Source of the DNA: Rhynchopus sp. YZ270_cl-10
Lineage: Eukaryota
Assembly: GCA_964035575.1 (NCBI GenBank)
Contig: OZ037835.1
Span: 1,364,001 to 1,428,000 of the forward strand
Reading direction: 5' to 3'
DNA: 64,000 nucleotides
Shown here: piece by piece, positions 1 to 12,585 of the stretch
Layout: every line of letters begins with the position of its first letter
Numbering within the stretch: the stretch's first letter is position 1
Notes under the pieces: model-generated
Databases searched by the model: none
What the model saw: only the letters and a program-made list of their open reading frames with translations
What the model was told of the DNA's origin: nothing
Made by a program: the position numbers and the translations under genes

Positions 1-371
1 GCCACCTGATTTTGGCCCGGTAGCAACTTACGCTACACCGTCAAACCCAAATCAAAATCATGTAGTCCTGGATTTCTTATACAACTCAACCAAACCCCTG
101 ACTGATCGTGCGTATGACGTGGGTAGCGAACCATCTAAAACAAAAGACGAACGGGGGGGGTTTTTATTATTTATCACCAAGTGAGACCATGAATTTCACA
201 ACCCGTTTTCACGCGTACAAAGTTTCGCCCTCGGACAAAAATGCTGCCCCCTCGGGCTGTTTCCACCTGTGCGTGAAATACTGGAATATAAATTCACGGT
301 AATAATATATATTACAACCCTTCATCTTTCTTGTTACAGATTGTATCTTCCCATGACCCCAAAAGATTTTT

Positions 372-493
372 TACCGTATTCGTACAAATTATCGGCCGTA
401 CTAATGTAGGACCGTAAAAAATGTTCGACCCTTTCAGGGTTTTTCTGGAGGTTCGACCTTTTTTACGGTCGATACTTTGTACGATATACGGTA
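372..493. mobile_element. Small MITE with TACCGTA...TACGGTA ends (Tc1/pogo-like, TA-flanked)
   Basis: Inverted termini taccgtattcgtacaaa / tttgtacgatatacggta; a related copy, expanded by nested insertions, spans 25396-26821. Confidence 0.6.
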
Positions 494-688
494 TTCAAAA
501 AAAGAGGAGACGACGCTGATGGACAAAACTCTATCTTTCGACTGAAAATGTTATCTTAGCCATCTTCACATGAACATGTCCCCAACCCCCAAGCCCAAAC
601 CTCGCCTCAATTTAATCGATGTGCCCCCTTCACCTACCAACATACCCAGCAGTCTTCCCTTTTCTGTACACCTCTGAACAATGGTGTC

Positions 689-3287
689 ATGCGGCATCCA
701 GTGCTGCTGTGTGTGGTGCTGATTCTGTCGACAGGTGCGATCATCGGTGGCTTCACGTTGACAACATGGGACGACCTTCTGGAGAAGGCACGTGACACAG
801 GTGATGAGGGCTTTGGGATGTGTCTTGACAGTGGCACGGCGGACATCGAAACGGTCTCGTCGCGCTACCTGCGCTCCGTCCTTGGCAACGTGGACACTGC
901 GGTGAAGGAGTACCTGAAGGTGCCTGAGCAGCTGGTGCTATCTATGGCCAACCTTGCGACTGCGCACCACCCAAACGTCAGCACGAGCCCCGCCTTTGCG
1001 GATACGGTTATGCGCCCTGCTTTGATGTCCGCTTATCGTGCTGGGACGACGTCTGGATTGGAATACATTTCGTACGAATCGTACCCATGGTCCCCAGCAC
1101 ATCCTGTTCCGTGGAAGAGGGGTGACGGGTTTGCAGGGTGGGGCTCGCGGATGGGGTTCAGGGAGGCGAACCCTGCTGCTTCTGTCCTTCCGACGAATGG
1201 TTCCCAGGTCATTATGGCGTACGAGATGCGTGACCATGTGACGGGGGCGACAGGTATATCTGACTGGGTCTCCTACAGTGAAGCCACGGACAGAGGCGAC
1301 AGAAGGTTCCCGGATATGCCGTGCAACTACTTCCCGGACTACAACAAGGGGGAGTGGACCGGTATCTGCCTATTTACTATGGATCAAAGCGAGCCCTTGG
1401 GCACGCCAGGCCAGATATCCCGTGGCAAGCAGATCTACAACCTGGGTGCCGCTGACCCGCCCCTGTATCCTACGGAGACACTGATCTACACAAACCTGAA
1501 TGTGCAGTGGGGTCTTATGTACTGGGAGCTGAGCTACACCCTCACCCACCCAGAGATGTACACGATGCACCCCAAGCAGGGCAAGCGTGTGGGTGTCATC
1601 ATGGCGTCGGTGACCGCAGAAGGGATAAAAAGGGCAGTGAATGCACAGCTGCTCCCAGACGACACGTCGCTGTACCTGGTGGAGTACGATCGTGTGGCAG
1701 ACACAACAGGAACGGTTGCCGCGTACAACAGAGGGAGGCATCTGCGGATGGTGCATACAGTGACTCCCTGGGGTGCTCCACAAACGATATCATACACCTT
1801 CAACGTAACGAACCACTCAATGGAAGACGCCACGTCGCACATCCCCTCAGTGATTGCAGAGCATGGGCGGTTTGTGTTCACACCCACAGAACTACAGAGA
1901 CCTTGTGGAGATGACAGAGGACTCCTTCCTGAAGTGGTCTGACTCGAACGGCACGGAGTTCTGGACAGTGGCAACGACAATTCAACACAGAACGATTACA
2001 TTTTTTGCGAACCTTCTGGTACCGAGGGCGTCTGTGATGGATACGATTGATGCGTCGACGAATGCAATCCGTGCGAAGGTGGCATCAGATCTGTCCTCTG
2101 CAGACGCACAGAAGGAGGATGCGGTGATTGTGATGGTGGTGGTGACGGTCATTGCGATCACGGTACTCCTGGCCATTGCTGTTGTGTTCACACGCTACAT
2201 CACGTCACCTCTGCTGAAGCTTGGGAGTGAGATGGCAAGTGTGGCTGTGATGGACCTGGAGGCTGTGGACACGGGCCGTGCAGTGTCGCAGCTGAGTGAA
2301 GTGGGGATGATGCAGCGCAGCTTTGTTACCATGGTGGCGAACCTGGTGGAGTACCGGAACTACATGCCGCAGAGTGTGCTTGTCAACGACAGTGACAAAG
2401 AAGCATCCGTGACAGAGGAATCTTCGACTATGAAGTCGCAGAAGTCAGGAAAGTCCCCTTCAGGTACGTCACAGTCACAGAGTTCAGTTGCTGCGATGCA
2501 GAACCAGAAGGCACTGCTGCGTGTGGAAGGGATGAAGAAGAAGAAGGTGTCGCTGGGACACATGAACGTCGTGTCGTGGCACGCCTTCTGCAAGAAGCAC
2601 AAGGACGCAGAGGTGCTCTCCGCACACGGTGGTATTGTGGAGCAAATCATGTCAGCAGTGCAGCACAACAAAGGTGTGTGCGACACGTTCGCAGGCGACA
2701 AGATGCTTGCCACCTTCAACGCCTTTGTTCCGAAGCCGTCGCACAGTGTTGCCTGTGTGAAGGCTGCACACGAAGTGGCAACAACACTTGGGGATGTGCA
2801 CAAGATCTCGTACGGGTGCACGACAGGCGAGGCACGTGTCGGGAACATGGGCTGCAACGGGATGAAGAAGATGTCGATTCTTTCGCAGTCCATGTCGTGG
2901 GTGGTTGTGCTTGAGCGTTGGAACAAGCAGTGGAACCTGCCTGGTATCGTTGACCAGAACATTTCGCGTGAGGCGGAGGGACAGGTGGTACTGCGTTGTG
3001 CTGGTGCGATGCTGTACGATAAGCTGAGCGAGAAGGTACAGACTGTGTTTACCGTACGTGGGCTGTGCAGCAGCGAAAACGAGGAGTGGATGTACCAGCT
3101 GGAGTCTGCCGCAAACAACCCGCACGTACTGTGGAACGAGGTCTTCGAGCACATCATCAAACAGGACTTTGAGAAGGCGTCTTCTCTGCTGGACACCGTC
3201 GCTCAGGACCAACGCACACAGTACGAAGAGCTTGCCGACTATGTGCGGCAGAAGGCTTATGCACCGTACGTTGTGGTCATGCACTGA
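689..3287 (+). CDS. Receptor-type class III nucleotide cyclase-like membrane protein (N-terminal TM, extracellular domain, TM, HAMP-like linker, degenerate cyclase domain); one frameshift near 1880
   Basis: ORFs 689-1942 and 1854-3287 join into one protein (…EHGRFVF[T]HPQNYRDL…) if 2 nt are restored in the ttcacaccca CA run. Hydrophobic segments lie at the N-terminus and at AVIVMVVVTVIAITVLLAIAVVF. Cyclase-like motifs: GVCDTFAGDKMLATFN, GCTTGEARVGNMG, and C-terminal EEWMY. Confidence 0.75.
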
Positions 3288-4865
3288 GGTTGCTTTGTTA
3301 TTTCATTGGTCCTGGGCTGGACCTTAAATTGCATCCGGGGGTCTGTTCCTCCTGAAACTCTATGAAGGTGTTGACCGCTCGAACCAATGTCTCCTACCTG
3401 AGAGATTACAAAACAGGAGGCGAGGAGGGGTATGCGGGGGCGTTTTTGTGCCTTCAGGGTCTTTTCATTTTTCAGCTACCCTGCCTCTCCTTTATCACCA
3501 ATGCACAGCCTTTGTCTTTCTGTTGGGGTATGTAGACCATCGTGCAAGCGTTGGGTGCAGCGAACTGCAGTACCTGTACGCTCACAACTCTTCAACGAAG
3601 GTGGGGTGAGCGAAAAGTGACTGAGTGTGAGGGATGCGTTCAAGAATTAAACTCTTCCCCCCAAACCCTTTCGTCTCTGTTTTTCTTTATCCAAACGGCA
3701 AGTGGATGCGTAATCATTTTGGTTTTGAAAAAGTCGGGCCCCTGGCCCCGAATTAGCGACACCCTTGTGATATATAACTCAACATAAAGCATCTGTTTTA
3801 TGCTCCTTTCTACACCCTTTCTTCAGTAAAACGAAACAGGGCTAGATATAGCTCAACAAAAAGATTCTGCTCTTTTGTCTCTCTTTCTTTCTACACCCTT
3901 TTTACACTAACAAACACCGATGGGGAAAAACTAAGGTATATTTTGGAATTTTAAAACTCCAAGGAAGGTTTTTACCCCCACCGATGTTTGTTGCATTACT
4001 GTAACTGTTTTTTTTCCTGCCAGAAACCTATTCCAATGGACACTAATTAAGAGCACTTGGCAAACCCGCGTTACCTTTTTTTTGGGGGTAAAAAATTGCT
4101 ATTTTTGCCACTTTCGACACTTTATTCATATAACGGGCCTGAAAATAAATCCTCAGGTTCCCGACACTTTTGGGGGTGTGAATGTGTTCTTAATTAGTGT
4201 ACATCAATTTATTGATTGCATATGATGAAATTACTCAATTAGTGACCACTGTGACACATGTCTCTGAAGCGTTTCCACGCCTAATGTATTATTTGCTCCT
4301 TGCTCTGCCGGCAAGCGGTGTTGTCATAGTTGTTTGTTACACACGAAAGAAAGGTTTTGTTAATAGTGTTGTTCTTACTGACGCAGTTTGAGTCTTGCCA
4401 CACCGTCACCTTGAAGTGCAACGGTGTCCACCTCTAGCACGAAAGTGTCTAGTGTCGGTAAGTTGATTTTTTTGTTGCGTGCTCACGTACGTAACGATAT
4501 TTTGATTTTTTGGGGGAAAATAGGGAAAAAAAATAAAAACAAAAATAGGTCATTTTGTTGCAAATTTTTGTATTTTTTTTTCGGAAGTGGCCTCGCAGAA
4601 ATCCTGTGAAAAATCACCTGATTTGCTTTTCCGGACTTATTCTGGGATGACGATCCTACCACACTGGGGTCACTTCGGAAAGATGGTTATTACAGACAAC
4701 CCAATAGTATGCCCTGTTCAGACATAATCCACACGGGGACTAGCGAGGGGTCTACAACGTCACGCCATCAATTATTCAAAAAACACTAATTTGCCCCTGG
4801 GAAAAAAACACTAATTTTACCCACACACACATTCAGATAGATGTTGCCTCCTCACCCTGTCTTCA

Positions 4866-5624
4866 ATGTTACCGGGCTTGCGAGGTCAAATGGTGACACT
4901 TCTGATAGATGGTGAAAAGTGTTGTGCCCAGGTGCTTCACGAGCATCCTTCGGGGAAGCTGACTGTAGAAGCACATCAGGCCAACGGCAGCATACTTCGC
5001 GTAAAGGCTGACAAGGCCACGTTGAACGTCTTTGGCGAGGACCCGGCTGTATTGCCTGAGAGACTTGCGCAGACACCACCACCACCACTACCATCACCAC
5101 CGCCGCAAACACAGTGCATGACACCGCACCACGCCAGCCCACCTTCCCACAGAGCGCGTCTCTCACCTGCCGCGCCTTCCGTCATATACACCCCAAACCG
5201 TTATCCAAAACCTCGGTTTGAGTACAGCCCCCAATTCAATCCAGCTGATGATGTGCACCCAGGGCTCCAAGAAGCAACGCTTCCAGAAGGATATGGCAAC
5301 AACGTGCTGTCTCCGCCGTCATTTGAGGATGTATCAAAGGTGAAGACCGAGGCTAGGGTAGGCAAGGGTGTCGTGGTGGCGCCCAATGTCAAAGGGGTGC
5401 GTGATGGTAGTAACGCACCGAGGACGCAGCAGAGCACCCCAGATGCAGCGATGCTAGCAGGGCTCGGTGCCCTCGGGGTGCGTCTGAATGATGTGCGCCG
5501 GAGGTTGGGTGCCGCGTCACGTCTCCCGCGAGCTGATGTCTCCCCCGGTTCTTGGGATGGAGCAAGCACAGACAGCACCTCTCTGCCGTCCTTCGATATC
5601 GACCGTTGGAGCGAAGGTGCATAG
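4866..5624 (+). CDS. Hypothetical protein (small globular N-terminus, Pro/Ser-rich remainder)
   Basis: 252-codon ATG-initiated ORF with coding-like composition, co-oriented with neighbours and preceded by an AC-rich tract ending in AG. No family recognised. Confidence 0.5.
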   Translation: MLPGLRGQMVTLLIDGEKCCAQVLHEHPSGKLTVEAHQANGSILRVKADKATLNVFGEDPAVLPERLAQTPPPPLPSPPPQTQCMTPHHASPPSHRARLSPAAPSVIYTPNRYPKPRFEYSPQFNPADDVHPGLQEATLPEGYGNNVLSPPSFEDVSKVKTEARVGKGVVVAPNVKGVRDGSNAPRTQQSTPDAAMLAGLGALGVRLNDVRRRLGAASRLPRADVSPGSWDGASTDSTSLPSFDIDRWSEGA

Positions 5625-6239
5625 TGGGCACAAAGGTGGCATTCGATGCACCGTGTAGAAGTGGTTATGGATGAAGATGCACAACACTCCAGGGTAAAGC
5701 AAACACCGCAAAAAAAAAAAAAAGAGCGAGCAGAACAAAGGAAGCATATGCAGCTGTGCCCCGCCTGATCCCCATCTCCAATTTTAAGGTCTTCCCCGCT
5801 CCATTGGCGTGACTACACTGATTTTCTTCACTGCAACCGAAGGTTTTGCCGAAGGCTTGTTTACCCTTCACTTTACTGCATATGATCGAGAGGCAGATAT
5901 ACCATGCCCGACCCTGCAAATGCAAGCAAATGAGTGTGATGTACGTATCTCTACCAACCGTTTGTCCGACAAGAAGAAAAACAATAACATTTCAAAACCC
6001 AGCGTGTCCACGCACGACAACTGATAGCTGGTATAGATGTGAGTGTGTGCATGAGAGAGAGGGAGGCACATTCCATCTGAACAGCTTTTCCAAAAAAATA
6101 AACAAAATTTGTACTGTACTATAAAGTGAAAATACCCCTTGTTGCTCTGAATATCCCCTTTTCCCCATCTTCTCTTTCCCTCCCCCGAGTTTGCTTTGGG
6201 ATGTCTCGTGCGAAGATGCTCTGGAAGGTGTGGGGCTGA

Positions 6240-6423
6240 TGTGGGGTTTGGGAAGGGAGGATGTTGAATGTGGGGTTTGGGAAGGGAGGATGTTGAATGT
6301 GGGGTTTGGGAAGGGAGGATGTTGAATGTAGGGTTTGGGAAGGGAGGATGTTGAATGTGGGGTTTGGGAAGGGAGGAGGTTGAATGTGGGGTTTGGGAAG
6401 GGGGGTTGAATGTAGGGTTTGGG
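6240..6423. repeat. G-rich 29-bp minisatellite (TGTGGGGTTTGGGAAGGGAGGATGTTGAA), about 6 copies
   Basis: Directly visible tandem units. Confidence 0.9.
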
Positions 6424-6852
6424 TGTTCTCCCTGTTGCGGTGAAGGTCTGTGGGTTGGGTTGGGTGGGGGGACAGGGAGGTGGAGGTGCACAGTGTTGTG
6501 AGTGTGGGGGGGGGGGTTTGGGTGTGGCGCTTCCCTGCATCGTTTTGTGGAAATGATGGGAGAGGGGGAAGCTGTATCTGTGGGGTGCTTTCGTGCAATT
6601 TGTCTGGCACCTCAGCTTGTCTGTGGTTGCAGCACGAGAGCACCTTTGGCGTTCTTCCTTGCGTGGGGTGGGTGGAGACAACGGAGTGTGTGGGTGGAGG
6701 CACTGCGGCTTCGCGAAACTGCGTGGTGTGGTTCCTCACCTATCCACAAGGCATCTCTTTTGGTTAGTGTCTCTCGAGCTTGTTCTACCTTTTACACTCC
6801 CTCTTCCTACACAGAATCTATCAGAAAGCGGACACACAAAAGTCAAAATTCA

Positions 6853-8180
6853 ATGCCGGTATTCGCCATGATCGCTCTCTCCTTGCTGTCGCTTGCCAAC
6901 GCACTTCCCACTGCTGCACCTCCGACGTTCATTCCTGCATCTGCGTGTTTGGCACAATCAACGTCGCCCCTGCGTGTTGAGTTCCCCTCGCACGACGGAC
7001 ACCCTGTTGTGGACATTCCAGTGTGTGGGCACTGCACACATGACCTTCGTTGGGGACGACGATATGGGATACGGCAGGCTCTCGCTTCTGAACAGCAACA
7101 GGTACGAGCTTATGTCGTTCTTGACGAAGCACGACAACTACACCGAGTCGTTCCCTGCGAACGGCGAGATGACGCTTGTGTACAACGACACACAACCTCA
7201 CCACCATTACAATCGGCGTAACATTAACGTCACCGTCGAGTGGACGTGCGAGGAAAGCACGCCTGTTGCCTCTGCACCCGGCTTTGATGCAGCAGAGTAC
7301 CTGACACTGGCGCCGAGTGGAACATATCGGCGGTTGTTCTCAAAGCGAGGCGTGCACAGGTGGGTCATTCCTTGCACGGGGACTCTCACCACGGAGCTCT
7401 TCATGTAGTGGTCTTCTGCGACGCATGTTATCCTGACCAGCAACGGGACGGCGGTGTTGCAGAAGGACCATCCTACCCATTGCGGGCGCTCCCTGCCTGA
7501 GGTCGACGGCAATGTTATCTTTGAACTGATTAACGACCGCGATGCGTATTACAGCAGTCGCACCGTCACGCTGTTCTGGAGCTGTGATGGGCGCAGTGCA
7601 GGACTGCCAGTGGACGGTGTTCCGCCTCTTGCGCCCACTGCTGCACCCCCGACTCTAGCACCCCAGACGTTTGTTCCAGCTGCCGCGTGTTTAGCGCAAT
7701 CGACGTCGCCGTTGCGTGTTGCGTTGCCCCAGGACAGACACGCAGGTGTGCAGTGCTGGACGTTCCAGTGTGTGGGTATTGCACACATGACCTTCATTGG
7801 GGATGATAATATTCCGTTCGGAGTGTCTCTGTCGCTTCTCAACAGTAACAGGTACGAGCTTGTGTCGCTCAGGGCAGCCTACCACAACCACACTAGGTCG
7901 TACCCTGCGAACGGCGGCAGCAGGCACACCCGACGCAGCACCGCAGCCGGAGGGGTCTGGCCACAACGCATTCCTTTACGTCGGTGTGGCTGTCGTGCTG
8001 GGTGCACTTGCGGCCGTTGTGGGCGTCGTGGCGTTGTCCCGCCGCCAACGGCGCCGTACGGGAGGCCTGGAAGACACATCCGATTGCGAAGAAGATGCGG
8101 ACGACGGTGACAGTGCAGAGCTGCACAGTGTACACGACGACCATGCATGGGAACCAAACACCGCCACTGAGAAGCTTTAG
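6853..8180 (+). pseudogene. Disrupted type I membrane/surface protein (signal peptide, duplicated Cys-containing beta-rich domain, TM, acidic tail)
   Basis: Signal peptide MPVFAMIALSLLSLANA; two copies of TF(I/V)PAxACLAQSTSPLRV…WTFQCVGxAHMTF…SLLNSNRYEL; TM AFLYVGVAVVLGALAAVVGVVAL-SRRQRRR. Lesions: frameshift near 7000, in-frame TAG at 7406-7408, frameshift/deletion near 7915. Confidence 0.7.
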
Positions 8181-9070
8181 GTTTCATTTAATTGAGTGTC
8201 CAGCACGTTGTATTTTGTCATGGATATGTCATTTTACATCCAAAATCTGCTTATTCTAAAGAGGCAGCCTTCCGTTTTCTCCCATTTTCCTGTTTCACTT
8301 TTCACACCCCCTTTTCAGAATCAGTAGAGTGTTCCATTAATGGTTTTTGTTTTGTTTTGTTTTGTTTATTTTTTTTTTCTCCCACGGCACCGTTCTGCCT
8401 TGACGCACTGGTATCCTGCTTCCATGGTATCCGATTCCTCTGCACAAGCTCCATTCATCAGCACAGACTTTCTTGACAAGGTGCAGACTGCCGGTTTGCG
8501 TGTCTGTATTCTCTGTGACGGTGATGCAGCACTGCAAGAATGCGATACCATGAAGGATACGTACGTGCGCTTTTCTATCGAGAGTACGCAAAACGCAGAT
8601 GTGATTTGCGGGTTCTTTTCATATCTGCGTCTGAGTTTGACTCAAGGCTTTGGGAGTGATGTGTTGTGATGTGACGGAGGATGTGAAACGTTCGTCATCT
8701 TCTTGTTTACATCATGAATGCAGACAGATGGATGGAGCCGGTGTAAGGTAGGAAAGGTTGTGGCGGGCACCCGGTCCTCACAAACCGCTAACTGCCCTTC
8801 CCCCCTCGAAGGGAGTTATCGTTACCGAGGGTCTCCAACGCCTCACACGTTTCCTGCCATCGTGGTTCCCCCCCTCTGTTTCACTTCCCAACCATTAAGG
8901 TACACTGTCACAAAAGCCGGCTGTATTTCAAGTCAACTGTTATTTTTTTTCTTCATCAAATCTCCAACCATTCCCTTCCCCTTACACCCTTTGTGTTGGG
9001 TGGCCGCGTTTGCGTGGTGCAAATGGAAAACGACGGATGGTTGCGAAAGAGGCAACCTTTTCCCCGGTAG

Positions 9071-9221
9071 TTCCTAGTTTTGACAGCGAAACGTTTCCCC
9101 TTGTATTGCACGGGAAACAGTATGACAAACAGGTGCAGGGTGGTTCCGTGCATATCATAGAACCCGGCACCTTGTGTGTCTCCCAAAAACCAAAAAGCGT
9201 TGTGCGTGAAGTTTTGAAGGA
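9071..9221. repeat. Dispersed ~150-bp repeat also found 3' of array ankyrin genes
   Basis: cctagttt..gacagcgaaacgtttcccc…caggtgcagggtggttccgtgcatatcatagaacc…gaagttttgaagg recurs near 37452, 40152 and 42983. Confidence 0.85.
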
Positions 9222-10089
9222 AAAATAAAATGAAGTTTCATCATTGTATTAGCCCAGGGAGGGTTCCCGGCTACCGATTAAAACGGATGAGACCTGAAGT
9301 TTATATTTACCCTCCCTTTTTCGTGCGCCTCATTTATGTACTTCAGGAAAGCGGATGTTTCAGACTTCCATTTCTGGGCTGTTTGGGGTCAATTTGTTGC
9401 CAGTCCTCGGCACTTCTTTTACGTATCGACGTTTCTTCGCATTGGGTTTGGTGCTTATTTATCAATGCAACAATCACTTGCTGCGTACTCTGTTAGTTTA
9501 TTCGAAACACCATCTTGGGAGGCTTTGGAAGGCCTTCCTGTGTGCCAAAGTCATGCAACGTGCCTGCCCCAACTCTAAGTGTACAAATATTGGACGAAAA
9601 GTCCGAACTGGTCCAGAATTTCAAAAAGGTGCACTTGAGTACGGTACACATATTTTCCGATTTTAGAGCTTTCCCAAAAGTCCGTGCTCAAGTACGCGCC
9701 ACTTTCCTTTGGTACCTATATTGGATGGTTCAGCATTTGTAATGTTATGCTTAATGAATAAGAATAGGTCAGAGTCTTGTATGACTTGAAGTCTGGAACC
9801 CTTCGCACCTCGTGCCAAGAGTGAAAAGGCTTTAGTGTGTGTGTTATGTACTTGCCTACTTGCAACGGATAGGAGCAAGAAACCACATCTGTGCAATGCC
9901 GCGTTGTGGAGTGCTTCTTTCAGTGTTCGATGCACGCAAAGATGTACTACCTGGATCGGCATGCTCACTGATGGTGTGTGCAGGCGATGTGCTGCACACA
10001 GCCGCCTGCACTATTGCCAGCAGAGCAAGACTGATACACAAAACAGAATCTTTTTGCAAGAAAACTAAAGCATCTGCACCCCCCCCCCT

Positions 10090-10761
10090 TAGGGGCGGTC
10101 ATATCCTGTATTAAAAGTGTGAGAAAATGACATTTTTCAAAATGTTGTCAAAAGCGATTCTAAGGTAAAAAAAAGTAGAAAATCCACCCCACAGGCCCAA
10201 AAAAATGTGGTGTGCCCCGCTTTCCACCCTTTTTGTGCCTCTCAGGTACCCAAATCACAGTTTTTTAAAAATTGCCTACCACTGGTACCTGAGTGCCCCC
10301 CTGGTTTGCCCTTCAGGTTGACTATGGAACAGAAAACACCCCAATATGGCTCAGAACATAGAGCAAAGGGTATATTTCACCCCCAAAACCCCACAGGAGA
10401 CCCACAAAACCGTTACTGGGGTGTTTCGTGACACCTGTTGGTGCTCAAAGCTCATAAAACCTGAAACACCGGTCAGGCAGTGAAAATAGGCCAAAACAGG
10501 CCAAAATAGCCTGAAAATGGCCTAAAAACGCCCATATTTTATTTCAACCTACCCACAAATTGCCTGCCTCAGGTACCACTGGTAGGCAATTTTTTAAAAA
10601 CCGCGATTTGGGTACCTGAGAGGCACAAAAAGGGTGGAAAGCGGGGCACACCACATTTTTTTGGGCCTGTGGGGTGGATTTTCTTGGTTTTTACCCTTTT
10701 TGTGGGGTTTTTGGGCATTTTTGAAAAATGTCATTTTCTCACATAGATATGACCCCCCCTA
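10090..10761. mobile_element. Foldback/MITE with ~200-bp imperfect TIRs, TA-flanked, inside a poly-C tract
   Basis: Termini TA-GGGGCGGTCATATC…GATATGACCCCCCC-TA; 10179-10292 is the near-perfect reverse complement of 10568-10682. Confidence 0.8.
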
Positions 10762-11184
10762 ACCCCCCCCCCCTTTTCCCCACATCAGTGCTCATATCCT
10801 GAAGACCCCACCGCCGTCAGCATGACTCCAGCTACGACACAGGGAGTCATTCAGTACTGAAGGTTTTGCTTTTGCCTGCATTTCAACCAAGAAAAAGAAA
10901 GGCCACTTGTTGTCGTATCTCAAAGACTTTCTCATATGATGAACGACGTGACGTGCATTGTGTGCTGTGCCCACATGGACGCATCTGCATTGTGTATTCC
11001 TGCAAAGTGCTCTTCCCACAAACCCCCACGTGGAGGTGTCATGTGGTTGTGTGTGACGTATCCGTGCATTCCGTTCCCTCAGAGGGTGTGTTGCATGTGT
11101 GTTCTTCGTCCTCTCTCGTCACCCACAACCTCTGCACAAAAAGAAACCAACACAAAAGACACAGCAACAACACACAAACACACA

Positions 11185-12585
11185 ATGCCGAAGCGACACG
11201 CAGACAGCACGCAGGACGAGAACCCACGAAAGAGAAGACAGCTTTCTGCAGACGAGGTCTTGATGGAGGCTGCCAGGAACGGCGACACGACTGCCGTGCG
11301 GGCGGTCCTTGAGAAGTTCAACCCAGACAGAAAGAAAGTGGCCTTCGATGCTGCGCACGAGGCATGCAGAGGGACCCACGATGAATGCCTCGCACTGCTT
11401 CTTCCGTATGTTGAGACAACGCAGATGGGGTTTGGGATGCTGCTGAGTGAGTGTGTCCACGCAGACCACGTTGCGTGCACGGAGGTCCTCTTGCAGCATT
11501 GGAAGTCAGTCTGCAACAACGTGGCGTTTGTCCCGCACGATGCCGACCACAGCGCAGGTCAGCCAGGGATAGCCTGTCCGGCCATGTGGTCAGACCCTGC
11601 AGTGTGTCGTGTCTTGATTGATGCAGGGGCAGACTTACATACAAGAAACAAGAAGCGACTTTCACCTTTCTATCGACATACAAAAGGCGAGGACGGATGT
11701 TCGCCTCTGCACTATGCTTGCAAAAAAAGAGCACTTGACGTTGTGAAGATGTTGGTTGAAGCAGGTGCGGGAGTGCGTGACACAACTGACGAAGGGTGCA
11801 CGTGTCTTAGCCTTGCGGCAGAACTTGGACACACGGAGACTGTGCGCTATCTTGTGGGCTTGCCAGAGGTGGAACTGAATCACCGAGATGTTGACAACCA
11901 CACTGCGTTGTACTTAGGGGTTCACAACAAGCACACAGACGTGGTGCGGGTGTTGATTGATGCAGGTGCAGACCTCGACGCAAGGAACAACGACGAAAGT
12001 TCGCCTTTGCATCATGCTTGTCAATCAGAAGCGCTTGACATTGTGAAGATATTGGTCAGAGCAGGTGCGGAAGTGAATGCCACTGAAGACGAATACTACA
12101 CGTGTTTTGATTATGCGGTATTTTATGGATACACCGAGACTGTTCGCTATCTTGTGGGCTTGCCAGAGGTGGATGTGAATCAACGAGGGGCGTACGACCG
12201 CACTGCGTTGGAGCACGCTTTTTATTTTGACGATGTGAAAACAGACGTGGTGCAGGTGCTGATTGATGCAGGTGCATACATCGACGAACAGAACGACGAG
12301 GGACGTTCGCCTCTGCACTTTGCTTGCGATTCAGGAGCACTTGACGTTGTGAAGATGTTGGTCAGAGCAGGTGCAGGAGTGCGTGTCACGGACAATGATG
12401 GGTGCACGTGTCTTATCCTTGCGGCACGTCGTGGACACACCGAGACTGTGCGCTATCTTGTGGGCTTGCCAGAGGTGGATGTGAATCACCGAGACACTGA
12501 AAAGAACTACACTGCGTTGCAGCATGCGGTGGAGGAAAATCACACAGACGTTGCACAGGTGCTGAATTGTCTACTTGCAGCTTGA
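11185..12585 (+). CDS. Ankyrin-repeat protein (solo paralogue of the tandem array), NLS-like PRKRR at N-terminus
   Basis: Repeated SPLHxACxxxALDVVKMLVxAGA / TCLxLAAxxGHTETVRYLVGLPEVDVN / TALxxA…DVVQVLIDAGAD motifs. Start placed at the MPKRHAD ATG shared by all seven paralogues. Confidence 0.9.
   Translation: MPKRHADSTQDENPRKRRQLSADEVLMEAARNGDTTAVRAVLEKFNPDRKKVAFDAAHEACRGTHDECLALLLPYVETTQMGFGMLLSECVHADHVACTEVLLQHWKSVCNNVAFVPHDADHSAGQPGIACPAMWSDPAVCRVLIDAGADLHTRNKKRLSPFYRHTKGEDGCSPLHYACKKRALDVVKMLVEAGAGVRDTTDEGCTCLSLAAELGHTETVRYLVGLPEVELNHRDVDNHTALYLGVHNKHTDVVRVLIDAGADLDARNNDESSPLHHACQSEALDIVKILVRAGAEVNATEDEYYTCFDYAVFYGYTETVRYLVGLPEVDVNQRGAYDRTALEHAFYFDDVKTDVVQVLIDAGAYIDEQNDEGRSPLHFACDSGALDVVKMLVRAGAGVRVTDNDGCTCLILAARRGHTETVRYLVGLPEVDVNHRDTEKNYTALQHAVEENHTDVAQVLNCLLAA

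Noticed and set aside
7406..7408. In-frame TAG as stop-codon reassignment
   Set aside because: IFT88 (17777-17779) and the 27264-29054 gene end in TAG, and the same gene has two further lesions, so pseudogenisation is simpler.
10936..11184. Upstream extensions of ankyrin ORFs in the ORF track (also 35577, 38127, 49500, 55027, 57595)
   Set aside because: The extensions differ between copies or begin at non-ATG codons; MPKRHAD is the only start shared by all seven.
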